A stretch of DNA of 64,000 bases from an uncultured Pseudomonadota bacterium (GCA_964429275.1 CAYSBJ010000001.1:62001-126000); one strand, 5' to 3'; shown: positions 10,388 to 20,112, numbered from the stretch's first letter. Numbers and translations: made by a program. The notes: generated from the sequence alone by a model not told the origin.

Positions 10388-10610
10388 TTCTGATTCCCTT
10401 TGATACACATAGTAAAATAAATCATCAAAAACTTTACCATGTTCCCAGGAAAAAACAACGCTGCAGAAACATTTTAACAGCAACTGTTGCTATTCTACAT
10501 GAGCACCAATTACACTTCTCATGATGCACAAAGGTTGCATCCTCTCCCTCTGGCGCTTCTTGCCAGCACATCAACTGTATTTAAGTAAAACACTCTCATA
10601 GGAGATTCGT

Positions 10611-11195
10611 ATGAAGTACATACATCTTATGGCAGCACTCTGTGTTGCCTCCACGCTGCATGGCGAAGAACAAAAAACCATAAATACGGATGCACAGACG
10701 ATTGCTCTTTCAATACAAAGTCGCATCAGGGAACATTTGGACCCGCACTATCTTACCGTCTGCAAGCAGACAAAAAATAGTCTCAAGCACGGGAGCGATC
10801 AAGCGAAACTCCGCATGCGAGAAACCCAAAAACAACTACAAGAAGAATGTAATGAAATGAAGCAAAAGGTGTACCAAGATTACCTTGCAGCGCGAGCAAC
10901 CAAACAAGACGCAGAGAATAACTCCCTTGCCCGACTTAAAGAGGTCAAAGCACTGGTCAAAAAACACTCTCCAACGCTCAACGATCTGCTCGAAATAACA
11001 CATGAGTACGTAAGCGCCCTCCTCAAACAAGCGGTGATCGCTGATGACGGCACAGCAATCACCCTTCTTGAAAAGGAACGGGAATGGCTACGAAACCTTG
11101 AGAAAACAAGCTTAAAAGCTGGTATATCTTTTGATGAACCACTGACAAAACCAGGAAAAAAAAGCCAAAAACGCGGCCGCACCAAAAACGCTTAA
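10611..11195 (+). CDS. Secreted helical hypothetical protein with basic C-terminus
   Basis: AGGAG RBS, signal peptide, tail KPGKKSQKRGRTKNA. Confidence 0.7.
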   Translation: MKYIHLMAALCVASTLHGEEQKTINTDAQTIALSIQSRIREHLDPHYLTVCKQTKNSLKHGSDQAKLRMRETQKQLQEECNEMKQKVYQDYLAARATKQDAENNSLARLKEVKALVKKHSPTLNDLLEITHEYVSALLKQAVIADDGTAITLLEKEREWLRNLEKTSLKAGISFDEPLTKPGKKSQKRGRTKNA

Positions 11196-11202
11196 ATACT
11201 GC

Positions 11203-11243
11203 TCTGGAAGCCGGATTTGCCATCGTCGAATCCGGCTTCCAGA
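11203..11243. terminator. Strong stem-loop after 10611..11195 (no clear U-tract)
   Basis: TCTGGAAGCCGGATT ... AATCCGGCTTCCAGA perfect 15-bp inverted repeat. Confidence 0.6.
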
Positions 11244-11376
11244 CAATACAAATAGAATAGACTATTGCAAGCTAGCGATACACTTTTCTATACTCAAACA
11301 TGACAAAAGAGTCCATAACACAGAGTTTTTTGCCATTAACGAGAGTAAACAACGTTCATACAATGGAGCATGCCTT

Positions 11377-11748
11377 ATGAACAACCACAAAATTTTGATC
11401 GCCCTCCTGGGCATTCTCGCCGTCACATCGGCTCCGTCCTGCTGCACGCAAGAGGCAGAGACAACACAAACAATAGAATCTGAAGACACTACCGCAACGC
11501 CTTTTGCCGTCACCGACTACGACAGTGATGATCAAATGCAAATCTTCACAGACGCCAACTCAGAAAGCGCAGAAATCGACAACAGCGTCTCAGACATAGC
11601 GGCAACTGATTCAATCTCGTTTAATAGCGACATTTTACCGGATACCGATTACAATTCAGCATCCGACGCCACAAGCGATACCGCGGCAGACGAAAATTCG
11701 TCCCAACGCACAAGCCTCTATATTGACGATCAAACCGAAAATAAATGA
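11377..11748 (+). CDS. Small secreted acidic (D/S/T-rich) protein
   Basis: GGAG RBS, signal peptide, low-complexity acidic mature region. Confidence 0.7.
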   Translation: MNNHKILIALLGILAVTSAPSCCTQEAETTQTIESEDTTATPFAVTDYDSDDQMQIFTDANSESAEIDNSVSDIAATDSISFNSDILPDTDYNSASDATSDTAADENSSQRTSLYIDDQTENK

Positions 11749-11788
11749 TAAAAATTCAACCATCTTACCCCTAAAAAGGAGCTATACT

Positions 11789-12166
11789 ATGAACAAAAAA
11801 ACAATGCTTTTACTCGCAATGCTTGCCTCATCGAGCATAATCGTTGCAGAGGAAGAATCATTTAATGACTTAACTCCAGAGCAAATTGAACAGCTCATGG
11901 CAGCTTTTGAGAATGACCCTGAAGCTATGAAGATCCTTCAAGAATCCGCCGAAGAAGAAGTCCAGAAAGAAGAAACTCAAGACAATGCTGATAAGGCAAC
12001 AGAAGAAGCAGTAGAAGCAGTGGCCGAAGCAGTAAAAGAAACAACCGAAGCCGAAGAAGCGGCAGAAAAGGCAGAAGAAGAAAAAGCAGAAGCCGAAGAA
12101 GCAGTAGAAAACGCAGCAGCAGCAGTAGAAAAAGCAGAAGTATTGGACGCTGTAGCAAACTCCTAA
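11789..12166 (+). CDS. Small secreted E/A-rich acidic helical protein
   Basis: AGGAG RBS before ATG 11789, signal peptide MNKKTMLLLAMLASSSIIVA, EEA repeats. Confidence 0.75.
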   Translation: MNKKTMLLLAMLASSSIIVAEEESFNDLTPEQIEQLMAAFENDPEAMKILQESAEEEVQKEETQDNADKATEEAVEAVAEAVKETTEAEEAAEKAEEEKAEAEEAVENAAAAVEKAEVLDAVANS

Positions 12167-12179
12167 CAAGGGACCTACT

Positions 12180-12488
12180 ATGAAAAAATCGCTTTATATA
12201 GCAAGTTTTTTCACAATCCTTGCGGGTGCTACATCGCTTCTCGCGGATGACACTAGTGAATCAACTTCTGTACCGATGACCAGTGATGAAACAGCGGCGA
12301 TAGCTACGTGGAAATCATTGCTTGCAAATGCACCAGATTCAGCGGTATGGACAACGGAAAGTGGCAGACGCACCTTCATGAAACTCCTTCGCGCATACAT
12401 GCCAAAATTTGGTGGCCCGCACGGCGGCGGCAAAGGCCCTAGAGGCCCACGCCCACCCCATGCAGATCTTGCCGAGAGCGGAAGCTAA
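12180..12488 (+). CDS. Small secreted protein with G/P-rich tail
   Basis: Signal peptide ending LLA-DD; follows the previous ORF after 13 nt. Confidence 0.7.
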   Translation: MKKSLYIASFFTILAGATSLLADDTSESTSVPMTSDETAAIATWKSLLANAPDSAVWTTESGRRTFMKLLRAYMPKFGGPHGGGKGPRGPRPPHADLAESGS

Positions 12489-12501
12489 CATTACCAAATA
12501 C

Positions 12502-12540
12502 CAATAGAGGCCGATGTGTTACGCTCATCGGCCTCTATTG
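12502..12540 (+). terminator. Stem-loop closing the small secreted-protein cluster
   Basis: CAATAGAGGCCGATG ... CATCGGCCTCTATTG perfect 15-bp inverted repeat. Confidence 0.65.
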
Positions 12541-12619
12541 TCTCTATCGATTCATTGACGTTTCCACTCATTTTAAGAAAAACTATCTTCCCGGTAGATC
12601 ATTATTCAAATGAGGCGCA

Positions 12620-13354
12620 ATGAAAGCTAATATTATTTTTTCCTTACTTATCACCTCCCTGCATGTCGTTACTATTACCGCAACCGATGATGTTGCCGTT
12701 ACCGCAAAAAAAGAGGGATGTAGCAATTTTTACGATGCCATCGTAGCCGCCGGTGTTTACGAACATGCGAAGAAAAAACCTGATGAGAACGGCTCACTAG
12801 CTCCATTCACCGTCTTTGCACCCACGAACGAAGCCTTCGCTGCCATAAAAGACATAGATCCTAAAAAAAAGAAGAAGATTATTATGCTTCATGTTGTACC
12901 GGGCAAAAAAATAGCGAAAACAGCTGATGATATGAAAGATGGAGTAACAACTGTCGGCGAACAGCTCCTCTTTGAAAAAGAAGGAAAAATAAGCCTTGAT
13001 GGTGCTCAAACTAAAGCATCCATAACAAAAGGCCCTATCGATGCAAACAATGGGGTTGTATACCTAATCGATACCGTTCTGTTACCCGCTGGTGAAACCA
13101 TAAAGAAACCAGAGCAAAAACCTGAACACACAGAAGAACAAAAAACAGAGCCTAAGCCTGAACACGCTGTAGAAACTAAAACAGAACCTAAGGCAAAAAC
13201 AAAAGCAGCGGCACCAATAATTACTGAGAATACTGCGCAAGCGCTGGTAACCAGTGTCACGCAACTTACTCAGTCAATTCAGCTACTTATTCATGTCATA
13301 CAGCAAGCGCAAGCAGCCAGCGAGTCCCCAGCACCCGCAGCTTCCATAAAATAA
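12620..13354 (+). CDS. Secreted fasciclin (FAS1) domain protein
   Basis: FTVFAPTNEAF, HVVPG and NGVVYLIDTVLLP; signal peptide; KPE-rich linker. Confidence 0.88.
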   Translation: MKANIIFSLLITSLHVVTITATDDVAVTAKKEGCSNFYDAIVAAGVYEHAKKKPDENGSLAPFTVFAPTNEAFAAIKDIDPKKKKKIIMLHVVPGKKIAKTADDMKDGVTTVGEQLLFEKEGKISLDGAQTKASITKGPIDANNGVVYLIDTVLLPAGETIKKPEQKPEHTEEQKTEPKPEHAVETKTEPKAKTKAAAPIITENTAQALVTSVTQLTQSIQLLIHVIQQAQAASESPAPAASIK

Positions 13355-13356
13355 AA

Positions 13357-14793
13357 TTACAACTCACGGTACGCAAGCAAACGCGCATGCAAAAAGAGAT
13401 AGAGCCGTCGCTCCTGTTTATTACGAACTTCACCAGAGAAAAGCCGTCCAATTAATGGTAATTTTCGTATCCAAGGGATTCCGGTATCTTCCTCTGTTTG
13501 TCCGGCCTGCGTTAGCCCACCAAGCAATACCGTTTGCCCATCATCAAGCACCACTACATTGTTAACCCGAGAGGTAACGATGGTGGGATAGGTCGTACTA
13601 GTACTCGTAGGGGAAAGATGCGAATTTTCCACAAAAACTTCGAGCCGTACCCGCTTACCATCGGCTAGAACTTGTGGCTTAATCTGCACCTTCACCCCCA
13701 CATCTTTATAATTGGCAGAGCGCACTGTGCGTGTGCGCCCTTCCACAGCATCTTCAGTAAAAATCTCAATCGGCACGCTTTGCCCTTCATGCAATATCGC
13801 AAGCTTGCCCGAGCAACTCATAATCTGTGGCGCAAGCAAGGTGCGCACCCAATTTCGACTTTCAGCAGCATTCAAAACCACATTGAGTGCATTCATCGAA
13901 GTAGCACTATTGAAAAGAAATGGTAACTCAAGGGAATTCCCCGTGCTTTGCACTGTTTTGAATAGCCATGGTAAAGTCGTAGGTGGCGTACCCCCAACAG
14001 AAGAAAACGGCATATGCCCCCCACCATATGAAAACTGCACGTTAAGCCCCAAGCGTGTCATAAAATCTGCCCGCGCAATAACAATCCGAGCCTCAATACG
14101 AACTTGTGGCAACGGCACATCAATTGCTTTTACCATACGCTTAAACAACCTCACCTGCTCAGCAGTCCCTTGCACAATCACCCGATGCCCATCATCATCA
14201 ATGAAAAAATATTGGCTCCGTGATGCGCCAATATATTGTCGTATGCACTGCTGCCACATAGCTTCTAAGCGCAACTTCAGTTGCTCCGTCCAAGAAATCC
14301 ACGTCACCACAACCGCATCATGAACTGGCGGTTCAAAAATAGACAAAAGTATCTGACGTGCTCGCTTTATTAAAACGGTACGGGGCGCCACATGCAACAC
14401 CCGATTAACAATCAAAATCCCCAGCGGCGGCGAATGACTCGTAAGTAACGTATGCAACACACTTCCAATAGGCTCTCCCCGCACCACCAGAAGCGGCACA
14501 TTGCCGCCCACTGCATCATCCACCACCACCGAGAGCTGTGCTCGCTCAGCAAGAAGCTCAACTGCTTCCCTCAGCGGCGTCGCTTGCAATGACAATTCAA
14601 CTGATACCCGCAAAGCCGGATGGTTGAAGCAGTCATTTAAAAAATCATCAATACGGCGGTTGCTTTGCTCTCCCTCCTCCTTTCCTTTCGCGACCACAAT
14701 CGGCTCCAATGGCTGAATCATGAGGGGAGCCGATTGTGGCTCTGCAACCAGCTCAATACAGCTGGCAAAAAGAAACACCATATAAAAAATCAT
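13357..14793 (-). CDS. Secretin (PilQ/GspD family)
   Basis: QVRIEARIV, YKDVGVKVQIKPQV, DGQTVLLGGL, GIPWIRKLPLIGRLFS; ATG 14793 overlaps the upstream stop (ATGA). Confidence 0.88.
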   Translation of the reverse strand: MIFYMVFLFASCIELVAEPQSAPLMIQPLEPIVVAKGKEEGEQSNRRIDDFLNDCFNHPALRVSVELSLQATPLREAVELLAERAQLSVVVDDAVGGNVPLLVVRGEPIGSVLHTLLTSHSPPLGILIVNRVLHVAPRTVLIKRARQILLSIFEPPVHDAVVVTWISWTEQLKLRLEAMWQQCIRQYIGASRSQYFFIDDDGHRVIVQGTAEQVRLFKRMVKAIDVPLPQVRIEARIVIARADFMTRLGLNVQFSYGGGHMPFSSVGGTPPTTLPWLFKTVQSTGNSLELPFLFNSATSMNALNVVLNAAESRNWVRTLLAPQIMSCSGKLAILHEGQSVPIEIFTEDAVEGRTRTVRSANYKDVGVKVQIKPQVLADGKRVRLEVFVENSHLSPTSTSTTYPTIVTSRVNNVVVLDDGQTVLLGGLTQAGQTEEDTGIPWIRKLPLIGRLFSGEVRNKQERRLYLFLHARLLAYREL

Positions 14794-15272
14794 ACGACAA
14801 TCTTCCAAGAATACCGCCCTGAAAAACCGCATGGCTTAAGACTATATAAAGAAATGGGGATAGCGTGCAGCGAACAAAGCCAGGCACAATGAATTATTTT
14901 TCCTTTACTGCCTATTACCGTAATAGTGTGGCCGGCAGCCCGTACGTGACATTGTGCCTGCTGCGCGCACACTTCAATTTTTTGGCGCCAGTTAATAACG
15001 GGCACCGATTTTGGCGACAACATATCAGCAGAAGCCAAAACCAATACGCCACATGATGGCCATTGGTACCAGCACCATGCACTCAAAAGAAGGCACAAGC
15101 TTACAAAAAGCCACAGCACGCGGCGCACTAAGAATAAGTAGGGAAAATAGAAATAGATCATACGGCATGCACCAGTTCCTGCCGCACACCCATGTCGTTG
15201 ATAGCGAAACAATAGAATAAAATTAAGGCCGCTGTAAAGCACTTTCCTTAAAAAGTGCCGCCAGTGCGTCAT
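14790..15272 (-). CDS. Hypothetical membrane protein translationally coupled to the secretin (start uncertain)
   Basis: One hydrophobic segment; its stop overlaps the secretin start; no recognisable motif. Confidence 0.45.
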   Translation of the reverse strand: MTHWRHFLRKVLYSGLNFILLFRYQRHGCAAGTGACRMIYFYFPYLFLVRRVLWLFVSLCLLLSAWCWYQWPSCGVLVLASADMLSPKSVPVINWRQKIEVCAQQAQCHVRAAGHTITVIGSKGKIIHCAWLCSLHAIPISLYSLKPCGFSGRYSWKIVV

Positions 15273-15336
15273 TTTTGAACCATTTTTTTCTCAATCTAAA
15301 GACATGAAGCAAAAAAACTCGTCACAGCAATTCACT

Positions 15337-16977
15337 TTAACTCAGCCTCGTCAGGGAGGTAGTGCGATGAAAGGAGATAGCCCTATGATGGGCATAGTCC
15401 CGCAATGCAACCAAAGAGCCATGTGCAAGAAGAGCCCCCGTCAGCACCTTCCCCTCAGGAAATTGCTCAGAATAAACTGTTTCTTCTCGTTTCGCCAAAG
15501 AAACAAGCTCCGTAACAGTCCCCTTTAAGAGCGGGTCTAAAACAGCTTTCACTGCACTCAATTGCCCTTTACCACCATCAATAACGATTAAGTCAGGCAA
15601 ATCATCCACTGTTTTATAGCGACGTTGCACTATTTCTTGTAACGAGGCATAGTCGTTCTGGCCATCCACTGTTTTAATGTGAAAGTGGCGAATTCCCGCC
15701 ATATCAGGCCTTCCATCAGTGAAGCGAACGCACGACCCAACCATTGCGTGGCCTTGTTTGTGTGAAATATCAAAACAATCAATCCGCCGCGGCGTTCGTT
15801 TGAGCTTGAGAAACTGACGTAATTGCTGTGCAATTTTTTCTGGGCGCAAATACTCAGCATCGGCATATGCCTGCGCATGAAGCATAATTTCAGTATGTTC
15901 TGGCCGTGGTGGTGCATTGACGACAACTGCATAGTTAAGTTGATGCCATGCCACTGCAAAAGCAGCTAGCAACTCACTATCAACTATCGCATCAGACACT
16001 AATATTTGCGGTGCCGGGCGATAAAGGCGGTAGTAGCTAAAAATGTAGTTACTCAACTCTTGATGGTAGTCATCTTCCATAAGCGGCACACACAAAACGT
16101 GCTCTTTTTTCAAAACCCCCTGACGCTCTCGAAACAAAAAGAGGCAACCAAAAGCGCTTCCCTCAATGGGAGCCCGCCATACCCAAATATCTTTTTCAGC
16201 TAATCGCTGAATTGAAGTCGGTCGATCAAAGCCAGTCGCTAAAGAGGCATACACGCGAGCAAGTGCCTCTTTATACACCACCAACTGAGCTGAACGCTCA
16301 AAAAAGAGTTCTGCATTTGATGCAGCTATCATATTCTCAATCTCGATCATCATCTCATGCGGTTTTGACTGCAACGCTTTGCGCACTAGATCAAGGCGCT
16401 CTTTATAGGCATCCACATCAAAATCAAGGCGACAATTGCCTGCACAGCGACCCAAGTGATACGCCAAACAACCCCCGGCGATAGTACGTGAGCATAATGA
16501 GAGCCTGAATGTTTCCTGTAAAAAACGAAAGGCACTGCGCGCTGCCCCCTTATCAATAAATGGTCCAAAATAGATTCCTTTTTTTGACTTGGTCCGTACC
16601 ATTTGAAACTGCGGCAAAGAAACAATACCTTTATATGCGGCACTACGCATCGGCTCATTGGTTATCAAAAAGTAGATATATGGCTGACCAGTTTTAAGCA
16701 AAATATTGAATGGCGGCTGGTAACTTTGAATCATTTGTGCTTCAAGCAAGAGCGCCGCCAGCTCCGTTTCAGTCTGATGCCACTCTATGGTATCACTCGC
16801 ATCGATAATACTGGTTGCCTTCCACTCTGTCCCGTATCCAGTCAGATAATTCTGCAGCCGCGACCGCAGTACTCGTGCCTTGCCAATATACAAAACCGCC
16901 CCGTCAGTCCGTTTGAACACATAAACACCGGCTGTTTTTGGAGCCTCCTTAATACGCAAAGAAACTTGTTTCAACAT
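15337..16977 (-). CDS. uvrC: Excinuclease ABC subunit C lacking the C-terminal HhH domain
   Basis: GIY-YIG (GVYVFK...LYIGKA), four-Cys cluster, RIDCFDISH, DYASLQE, PDLIVIDGGKGQL. Confidence 0.92.
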   Translation of the reverse strand: MLKQVSLRIKEAPKTAGVYVFKRTDGAVLYIGKARVLRSRLQNYLTGYGTEWKATSIIDASDTIEWHQTETELAALLLEAQMIQSYQPPFNILLKTGQPYIYFLITNEPMRSAAYKGIVSLPQFQMVRTKSKKGIYFGPFIDKGAARSAFRFLQETFRLSLCSRTIAGGCLAYHLGRCAGNCRLDFDVDAYKERLDLVRKALQSKPHEMMIEIENMIAASNAELFFERSAQLVVYKEALARVYASLATGFDRPTSIQRLAEKDIWVWRAPIEGSAFGCLFLFRERQGVLKKEHVLCVPLMEDDYHQELSNYIFSYYRLYRPAPQILVSDAIVDSELLAAFAVAWHQLNYAVVVNAPPRPEHTEIMLHAQAYADAEYLRPEKIAQQLRQFLKLKRTPRRIDCFDISHKQGHAMVGSCVRFTDGRPDMAGIRHFHIKTVDGQNDYASLQEIVQRRYKTVDDLPDLIVIDGGKGQLSAVKAVLDPLLKGTVTELVSLAKREETVYSEQFPEGKVLTGALLAHGSLVALRDYAHHRAISFHRTTSLTRLS

Positions 16978-17140
16978 TACACAACTCTTGTTAGCTCAAA
17001 ACCATTCTCTTGAAAAATACTGCAGCATAGGCATACCTTTTTAATCCTATAACCAAAGCGATTCAGCATGAATGGCCTCCATCGACAACCACTCTGCTGA
17101 GAAACTCTCACCTGCCACAGTATACATAGGATGACCATAT

Positions 17141-17590
17141 ATGAAACAGTTATTATGTCTCGGCCTTCTTTTTATCTCTTTCCCAGCCATTACAGAAACC
17201 TATCAAGAATTTTCTTCCCGCGCAGTGACTGACTTTGCCCGCAAAAGCTACCAACAACATGATCGCATGACCGACTTACAACACCGAAAAGAAAAGAAAT
17301 TCAAACGACAACAACATATAAAAGAACGCCAAGCAAAACGCCATATCGACAACACCGCACGCAAGGGAAAACTACAAGCACATTCAGATCGCATAAACGC
17401 GCAACGCACCTGCGCCACACACAATGAGCAAGTGCGCGACCTCCGCCGCCACAAGCAAAAAAGTCGCCGGCTTCAACAACAAGTCGCTAATCAAAAGCAA
17501 TCATACATAAATCATGAAAAAATTATGACGGAGCAATACATACACATGCATCAGGCCGCACGCGACGCACTCCACAAACTTCCTATTTAA
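17141..17590 (+). CDS. Secreted, highly basic R/K/H/Q-rich helical protein
   Basis: Signal peptide, strongly cationic composition. Confidence 0.65.
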   Translation: MKQLLCLGLLFISFPAITETYQEFSSRAVTDFARKSYQQHDRMTDLQHRKEKKFKRQQHIKERQAKRHIDNTARKGKLQAHSDRINAQRTCATHNEQVRDLRRHKQKSRRLQQQVANQKQSYINHEKIMTEQYIHMHQAARDALHKLPI

Positions 17591-17594
17591 GAAC

Positions 17595-18365
17595 ATGTAT
17601 CGCATCACTGTATCGCTCATTATCCTTGCGTGGATCCAGATGGCTCTCCCAAACGCTCAACCATCACGTGCACCACGGCTCTTAGTTCTTGATACACCCA
17701 TCACAATCGGGTCAAATACAACACTCTGCATTCAAGACACGGTCATCATCAACCTCGCACAGTTTCCATTTATTCTCGCTGATGAGACAAGTACCGTTAG
17801 TTTAGAAAATTGCAGCATAGTCCTTAGCGATGACTACTACTGGAAAAAGGGAAAGCTCAATATAAAAGGGATTTGCCACATTTTAGGGCCACACACTTGG
17901 CACCAACAAATTCCAGGTGCCTGCCTGATTTCCCACAACAGCACGCTTATTCTGGGCAGTGGGATAACTTTCTATTATGAACCATCCGAATCAAATCAGG
18001 CCGGCATTTTGTTTAACGATCAATCATCAACGCTGCAACTTAGCAGCAGTCATTTACGCAGCGGAGACCACGGCCTCACTCTTACTATTGGTACAGTACG
18101 CATTGAGGGGCCCTGCTCTGTGCATGCTGAAAACAACACCCCACAGCGCGGCATCTTCTTCGGATCAGGCACTTCATACAAAGAAAACATAACACTAGAG
18201 CTTCTTGGGCCCGAAGCGCGACTTACCGTCACTGGACCGTATTTTCAAGAAAGAAGCCGGGGATCATTTACCCGCAAGGCATTCAAGTTTTGCGGGAACA
18301 CAGTTCTTGCCTGTGCGCTCTGTGCCGGAATCATGACAATAATGACTAAGCTCACGCAAGATTAG
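17595..18365 (+). CDS. Exported beta-solenoid-like protein with C-terminal hydrophobic anchor
   Basis: Signal peptide; recurring STLxL/TLxI strands; terminal VLACALCAGIMTIM. Confidence 0.65.
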   Translation: MYRITVSLIILAWIQMALPNAQPSRAPRLLVLDTPITIGSNTTLCIQDTVIINLAQFPFILADETSTVSLENCSIVLSDDYYWKKGKLNIKGICHILGPHTWHQQIPGACLISHNSTLILGSGITFYYEPSESNQAGILFNDQSSTLQLSSSHLRSGDHGLTLTIGTVRIEGPCSVHAENNTPQRGIFFGSGTSYKENITLELLGPEARLTVTGPYFQERSRGSFTRKAFKFCGNTVLACALCAGIMTIMTKLTQD

Positions 18366-18413
18366 GTCGTCTCAATCGAGCAATCCAGAGATTTAAATAA
18401 GTTTTTGTTTTTC

Positions 18414-18442
18414 TTGACACCGGTATACCACGTTGATACTCT
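18414..18442 (+). promoter_or_regulatory. Sigma70-type promoter
   Basis: TTGACA-17 nt-TACTCT with extended -10 TG. Confidence 0.7.
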
Positions 18443-18446
18443 TCGC

Positions 18447-18560
18447 GTCATCTTGCAGGAGCAATAGCACTTCTGTGAAACGTCCCTAAATGAACAATGC
18501 TTCACGTATTGTTCGCCCCCCCAACCCTCCGACTTTCCCAAGTTGGAGGGTTCTTTTTTT
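18447..18560 (+). ncRNA. Candidate ~110-nt three-hairpin small RNA
   Basis: Own promoter, stems at 18453-18478 and 18491-18515, terminator 18523-18560, no meaningful ORF. Confidence 0.55.
18523..18560 (+). terminator. Intrinsic terminator
   Basis: AACCCTCCGACTT-TCCC-AAGTTGGAGGGTT followed by CTTTTTTT. Confidence 0.85.
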
Positions 18561-18577
18561 AGTTATCCAAAATACAC

Positions 18578-20110
18578 TTAAGATAGGAGAGCATGCCCGC
18601 CGTCTTTTGGTTTAGTAAACACCAAAATAAACTCATCGGCCGCACGACGAATGGCTGTTTCAACGAGCTCTGATAATCCCTCAGCACTCGCCACCGCGTG
18701 GTATACCTGCGGATAAACCTCAAGAAGATACGAAACAAACTGGCGCGAAAACGTATTAATTTGCAAAATATCCAGCCGATCAAAAAAGTTTTCTTGTAAC
18801 AAGAAAAGAAAAACTATCTCCTCTGCTTGAGTGTACGTCACATGCAAGTCTTGCTTGAGCAACTGTACCGCACGCTCCCCACGATCAATAGCGCGTTGAC
18901 TGGCAGCATCCAACTCAGAACCAAACTGCAAAAAAGCCGCCAGTGCTTCAAACTGGGCCAATTCAAGCTTCAGCGAACCAGCAACTTTTTTCATACTTTT
19001 AATCTGTGCTGCCCCGCCAACCCGCGAAACAGAAAGACCTATACTAATAGCTGGCCTAATTCCATTATTAAACATATTGGTATCAAAAAAGACCTGCCCA
19101 TCTGTTATTGAAATAAGGTTCGTCGCAATGTAAGCAGAAATATCATCACCCTGCGTTTGTATAATAGGAAGCGCAGTCATCGACCCGCCACCATGGTCAT
19201 CGTTCATTTTACCCGCACGCTCAAGAAGTCGTGAGTGTATATAGAAAATGTCTCCAGGGTACGCTTCACGCCCTGGCGGGCGACGAAGTAAAAGAGACAA
19301 CTCTCGATACGCAATTGCGTGATTAGATAAATCATCGTACACAATCAATACATCTTGCCCCTTATCCACGAAATACTCTCCAACCGTACAACCAACGTAC
19401 GGTGACAGAAACTGCTCTAATGCCGTCGCCTTTGCGCTCGCATCAATAACAATGGTATAGGATAGTGCATCATACTGCTGTAAAAGATGGATCATTTTTG
19501 CAGTATCAGACTGTTTATGCCCAATAGCTACATAGATACACACAACGTTTTTGCCTTTTTGATTGATAATCGTATTCAGTGCAGTTGTTGTTTTACCAGT
19601 ACTGCGGTTACCAATAAGCAACTCACGCTGCCCTTTCCCAATTGGAATCAATGCATCAATAACCAAACACCCAGTTTCAAGTGGCTCATTCACTGGTGTA
19701 CGAGCGATGATTCCTGGCGCAGTACGCTCAATAGGACGCAGCTCACTGGTTACCACATCTCCTAATGCATCAAGGGGTTCGCCGGAAGCGCTCACCACGC
19801 GGCCAATCAAACCGTCTCCTACTGGCACACGGAAAGAATTCCCGGTTCGACGTACAATTTCTTGTTCAAAAACTTCTTCTGCCTTATCAAGCAAAATAAT
19901 AGAAACGTAATCTTCATCAAGATCCATCACAATTCCACGGGCACCAGATTCGAAGAGCACAAGCTCACCAAAAACAACGTTCGTTAAACCGTATACCTTA
20001 CATATACCGTCGCCAACCCCGATAACTGTACCAATTTCTTCTATTTCTGCCTGCGCCTTAGGGGTAAGGGCTTTTTCTATAAGCGAAATAACGCCAGCTG
20101 TTTCTTTCAT
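18578..20110 (-). CDS. atpA: F-type ATP synthase subunit alpha
   Basis: PIGKGQRELLIG, GNRSTGKT, RRPPGREAYPGD, SITDGQ, SVSRVGGAAQ. Confidence 0.97.
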   Translation of the reverse strand: MKETAGVISLIEKALTPKAQAEIEEIGTVIGVGDGICKVYGLTNVVFGELVLFESGARGIVMDLDEDYVSIILLDKAEEVFEQEIVRRTGNSFRVPVGDGLIGRVVSASGEPLDALGDVVTSELRPIERTAPGIIARTPVNEPLETGCLVIDALIPIGKGQRELLIGNRSTGKTTTALNTIINQKGKNVVCIYVAIGHKQSDTAKMIHLLQQYDALSYTIVIDASAKATALEQFLSPYVGCTVGEYFVDKGQDVLIVYDDLSNHAIAYRELSLLLRRPPGREAYPGDIFYIHSRLLERAGKMNDDHGGGSMTALPIIQTQGDDISAYIATNLISITDGQVFFDTNMFNNGIRPAISIGLSVSRVGGAAQIKSMKKVAGSLKLELAQFEALAAFLQFGSELDAASQRAIDRGERAVQLLKQDLHVTYTQAEEIVFLFLLQENFFDRLDILQINTFSRQFVSYLLEVYPQVYHAVASAEGLSELVETAIRRAADEFILVFTKPKDGGHALLS

Positions 20111-20112
20111 AA

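Noticed and set aside
11870..12169. Cys/Phe-rich and poly-Leu minus-strand ORFs
   Set aside because: Antisense shadows of the GAA/GCA-rich 11789..12166 gene
13712..14323. 203-aa plus-strand ORF
   Set aside because: Antisense shadow of the secretin
16978..17140. Possible riboswitch in the uvrC/17141 intergenic region
   Set aside because: Only a short TCAGCA/TGCTGA stem and no recognisable aptamer consensus
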